A DNA stretch of 6,030 bases from a virus. The notes below the pieces were generated by a model, which saw nothing but the letters and a program-made list of their open reading frames with translations, was not told the origin of the DNA and made no database searches. Below, piece after piece: positions 5,293 to 6,030 of this stretch (positions within the stretch are counted from its first letter, which is position 1; the number at the start of each line of letters is the position of its first letter). The stretch is taken from the IMG/VR virus record IMGVR_UViG_3300006195_000036, positions 1 through 6,030 of that record, one strand, 5' to 3'. A program made the position numbers and the translations under genes.

Positions 5293-5314
5293 CTTCAGGC
5301 TTGATGTTCTGAAG
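5293..5314. promoter_or_regulatory. Hairpin CTTCAG-N10-CTGAAG with CTTGAT in the loop; candidate Rep nick site/origin
   Basis: The inverted repeat spans 5293-5298 and 5309-5314. The loop GCTTGATGTT contains CTTGAT (5300-5305) on the plus strand, which resembles the phiX174/pC194-class nick core CTTG/AT. Confidence 0.3.
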
Positions 5315-5333
5315 TGTCCTAGGAATAAATTTA

Positions 5334-5383
5334 GGCCGCGCTGCGCGCGGCCCGGGCCGGAGCTAAAGCTCCTGACCCGGGCC
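5334..5383. promoter_or_regulatory. Tandem GC-rich hairpins downstream of Zot; candidate terminator, packaging signal or complementary-strand origin
   Basis: Hairpin A is GGCCGCGC-TGC-GCGCGGCC (5334-5352). Hairpin B is GGCCCGGGCCGGAGCT..AGCTCCTGACCCGGGCC (5349-5383). In minus-strand sense they are followed by TAAATTTATT. They lie in the only large non-coding region. Confidence 0.5.
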
Positions 5384-5438
5384 GCCCAAGCAAGATAAAG
5401 CCGCTCTCGCGAGCACCACAGAGCACGCGCACACGCTC

Positions 5439-5455
5439 CCCGGCTGCACGCCGGG
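5439..5455. other. Short hairpin CCCGGC-TGCAC-GCCGGG, 28 nt downstream of the Zot stop
   Basis: The inverted repeat was read directly from the sequence. No T-tract follows it on either strand. Confidence 0.3.
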
Positions 5456-5483
5456 AATACCGCTCAGCAGGAGGGAGCACAGC

Positions 5484-6030
5484 TTAAGCCCGAGGCGCTG
5501 ACGCGGCACCAGCTGGCGCAGGCGCAACGTAATACGGGTCGAACGGCGGGTTCTTCAACCACTCGTAGCACGCCCTGGCGTCGATCGGCGCACGCATGCC
5601 GTTTTGGATGAAGCAGTAGCACTTGCCGGCTTGGCAATAGCCACCCTGGACGCGAGGCATGTTCACGACCTTGCGCAACGTATCGTAGGCCGGCGCTGTC
5701 TCCGGCTGCGCGGCAATGCGCGGCGTGAAGCTCGCGCGGATGCTATGGGCTGTGATGGGCTCGCTCGCCTTCAGCGACGGCCCTGCGAGCGGCCCAGGGA
5801 CCACGCTGACCGGTTCCGCAGGCGTTGGGTGCATACGCTCATTGATTCGCCGCATGGCGTACCACGAGCCCAACGCAACGAAGAGCACGAGCGCCGCCAC
5901 GAGGGCCACAAGCCACGGGAACGAACGCACCGGCTTCACGTGAACCGATGCCGACTTGTAGAGCGAGAACGCCGCCTTCGGCAACTTGTAGCGCTTTTTG
6001 ATCGGCGCGGTTTTCCAGGCGTTGCCCATC
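5484..6030 (-). CDS. Zot/pI-like assembly protein, C-terminal part (TM segment plus periplasmic domain); 5931-6030 duplicates 1-100
   Basis: Track ORF 5484..6029 begins at an internal Met of the protein that starts at 507. The TM helix is FPWLVALVAALVLFVALGSWYAM, followed by a Pro/Ala-rich segment and a Cys-containing C-terminal domain. The TAA stop is at 5486-5484. Confidence 0.9.
   Translation of the reverse strand, partial: MGNAWKTAPIKKRYKLPKAAFSLYKSASVHVKPVRSFPWLVALVAALVLFVALGSWYAMRRINERMHPTPAEPVSVVPGPLAGPSLKASEPITAHSIRASFTPRIAAQPETAPAYDTLRKVVNMPRVQGGYCQAGKCYCFIQNGMRAPIDARACYEWLKNPPFDPYYVAPAPAGAASAPRA
5931..6030. repeat. Terminal direct duplication, copy 2 (identical to 1-100)
   Basis: All 100 nt match exactly. 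Confidence 0.95.

Larger units (their letters stand above)
1..5930 (-). mobile_element. Complete circular filamentous-phage (Inoviridae-like) genome or replicative form, unit length 5930 bp
   Basis: It carries the full inovirus gene set in canonical order on one strand: Rep, ssb, major coat, adsorption protein, pVI-like and Zot/pI. Bases 1-100 exactly repeat at 5931-6030, and the Zot reading frame is continuous across that junction. Confidence 0.85.

Noticed and set aside
5461-5483. Plus-strand SD-like AGGAGGGAG (about 5469-5477), a possible start of a small plus-strand gene
   Set aside because: No start codon follows at a usable distance, and the sequence runs straight into the antisense of the Zot 3' end.
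5484-6030. Reading the Zot homolog as an enterotoxin or virulence factor
   Set aside because: In inoviruses Zot-family proteins are the pI assembly ATPase. Toxin activity is specific to the Vibrio cholerae protein fragment and cannot be inferred here.
1-6030. tRNA, rRNA, CRISPR arrays, IS elements, or defence/toxin-antitoxin cassettes
   Set aside because: I saw no cloverleaf-like segments, no spaced direct-repeat arrays and no transposase-like ORFs. All coding capacity of the 5.93-kb circle is accounted for by the phage genes.

Overview
The window is one complete, circularly permuted genome of a small GC-rich filamentous phage (Inoviridae-like). Bases 1-100 are identical to 5931-6030, so the unit length is 5930 bp and the window closes on itself. 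All but one gene lie on the minus strand. In viral sense the order is: HUH rolling-circle Rep (5213-4341), small serine recombinase (4263-3658), gV-like ssDNA-binding protein (3232-2948), unknown 82-aa protein (2946-2698), pVIII-type major coat protein (2625-2440), 109-aa protein with a pVIII-like C-terminus (2440-2111), a 24-aa hydrophobic ORF below the ORF-track cutoff (2124-2050), pIII-like adsorption protein (2050-782), pVI-like membrane protein (782-504), and the Zot/pI assembly NTPase (507-1, continuing 5930-5484 across the junction). The structural genes are chained by 1-4 nt stop/start overlaps and most have an AAGG/GGAG Shine-Dalgarno about 6 nt upstream. The single plus-strand gene is an Xre/cI-like HTH regulator (3375-3725). 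It diverges from the ssb operon across a 118-bp region holding three spaced TTAC-N5-GTAA palindromes, and it converges into the 3' end of the recombinase gene. The 270-bp intergenic region (5214-5483) is packed with GC-rich hairpins and is the likely ori/packaging/terminator region. No secretin (gIV), tRNA, rRNA or CRISPR is present. Points worth a second look: a resolvase-type serine recombinase integration module set inside the replication module; the pVIII-paralogous 109-aa protein; the hidden 24-aa ORF; the operator array; and a phiX174/pC194-like CTTGAT motif in a hairpin loop on the unexpected strand. Family assignments come from reading motifs by eye, since no searches could be run. The host is probably a high-GC proteobacterium (Ralstonia/Burkholderia/Xanthomonas-like), which is inference only.
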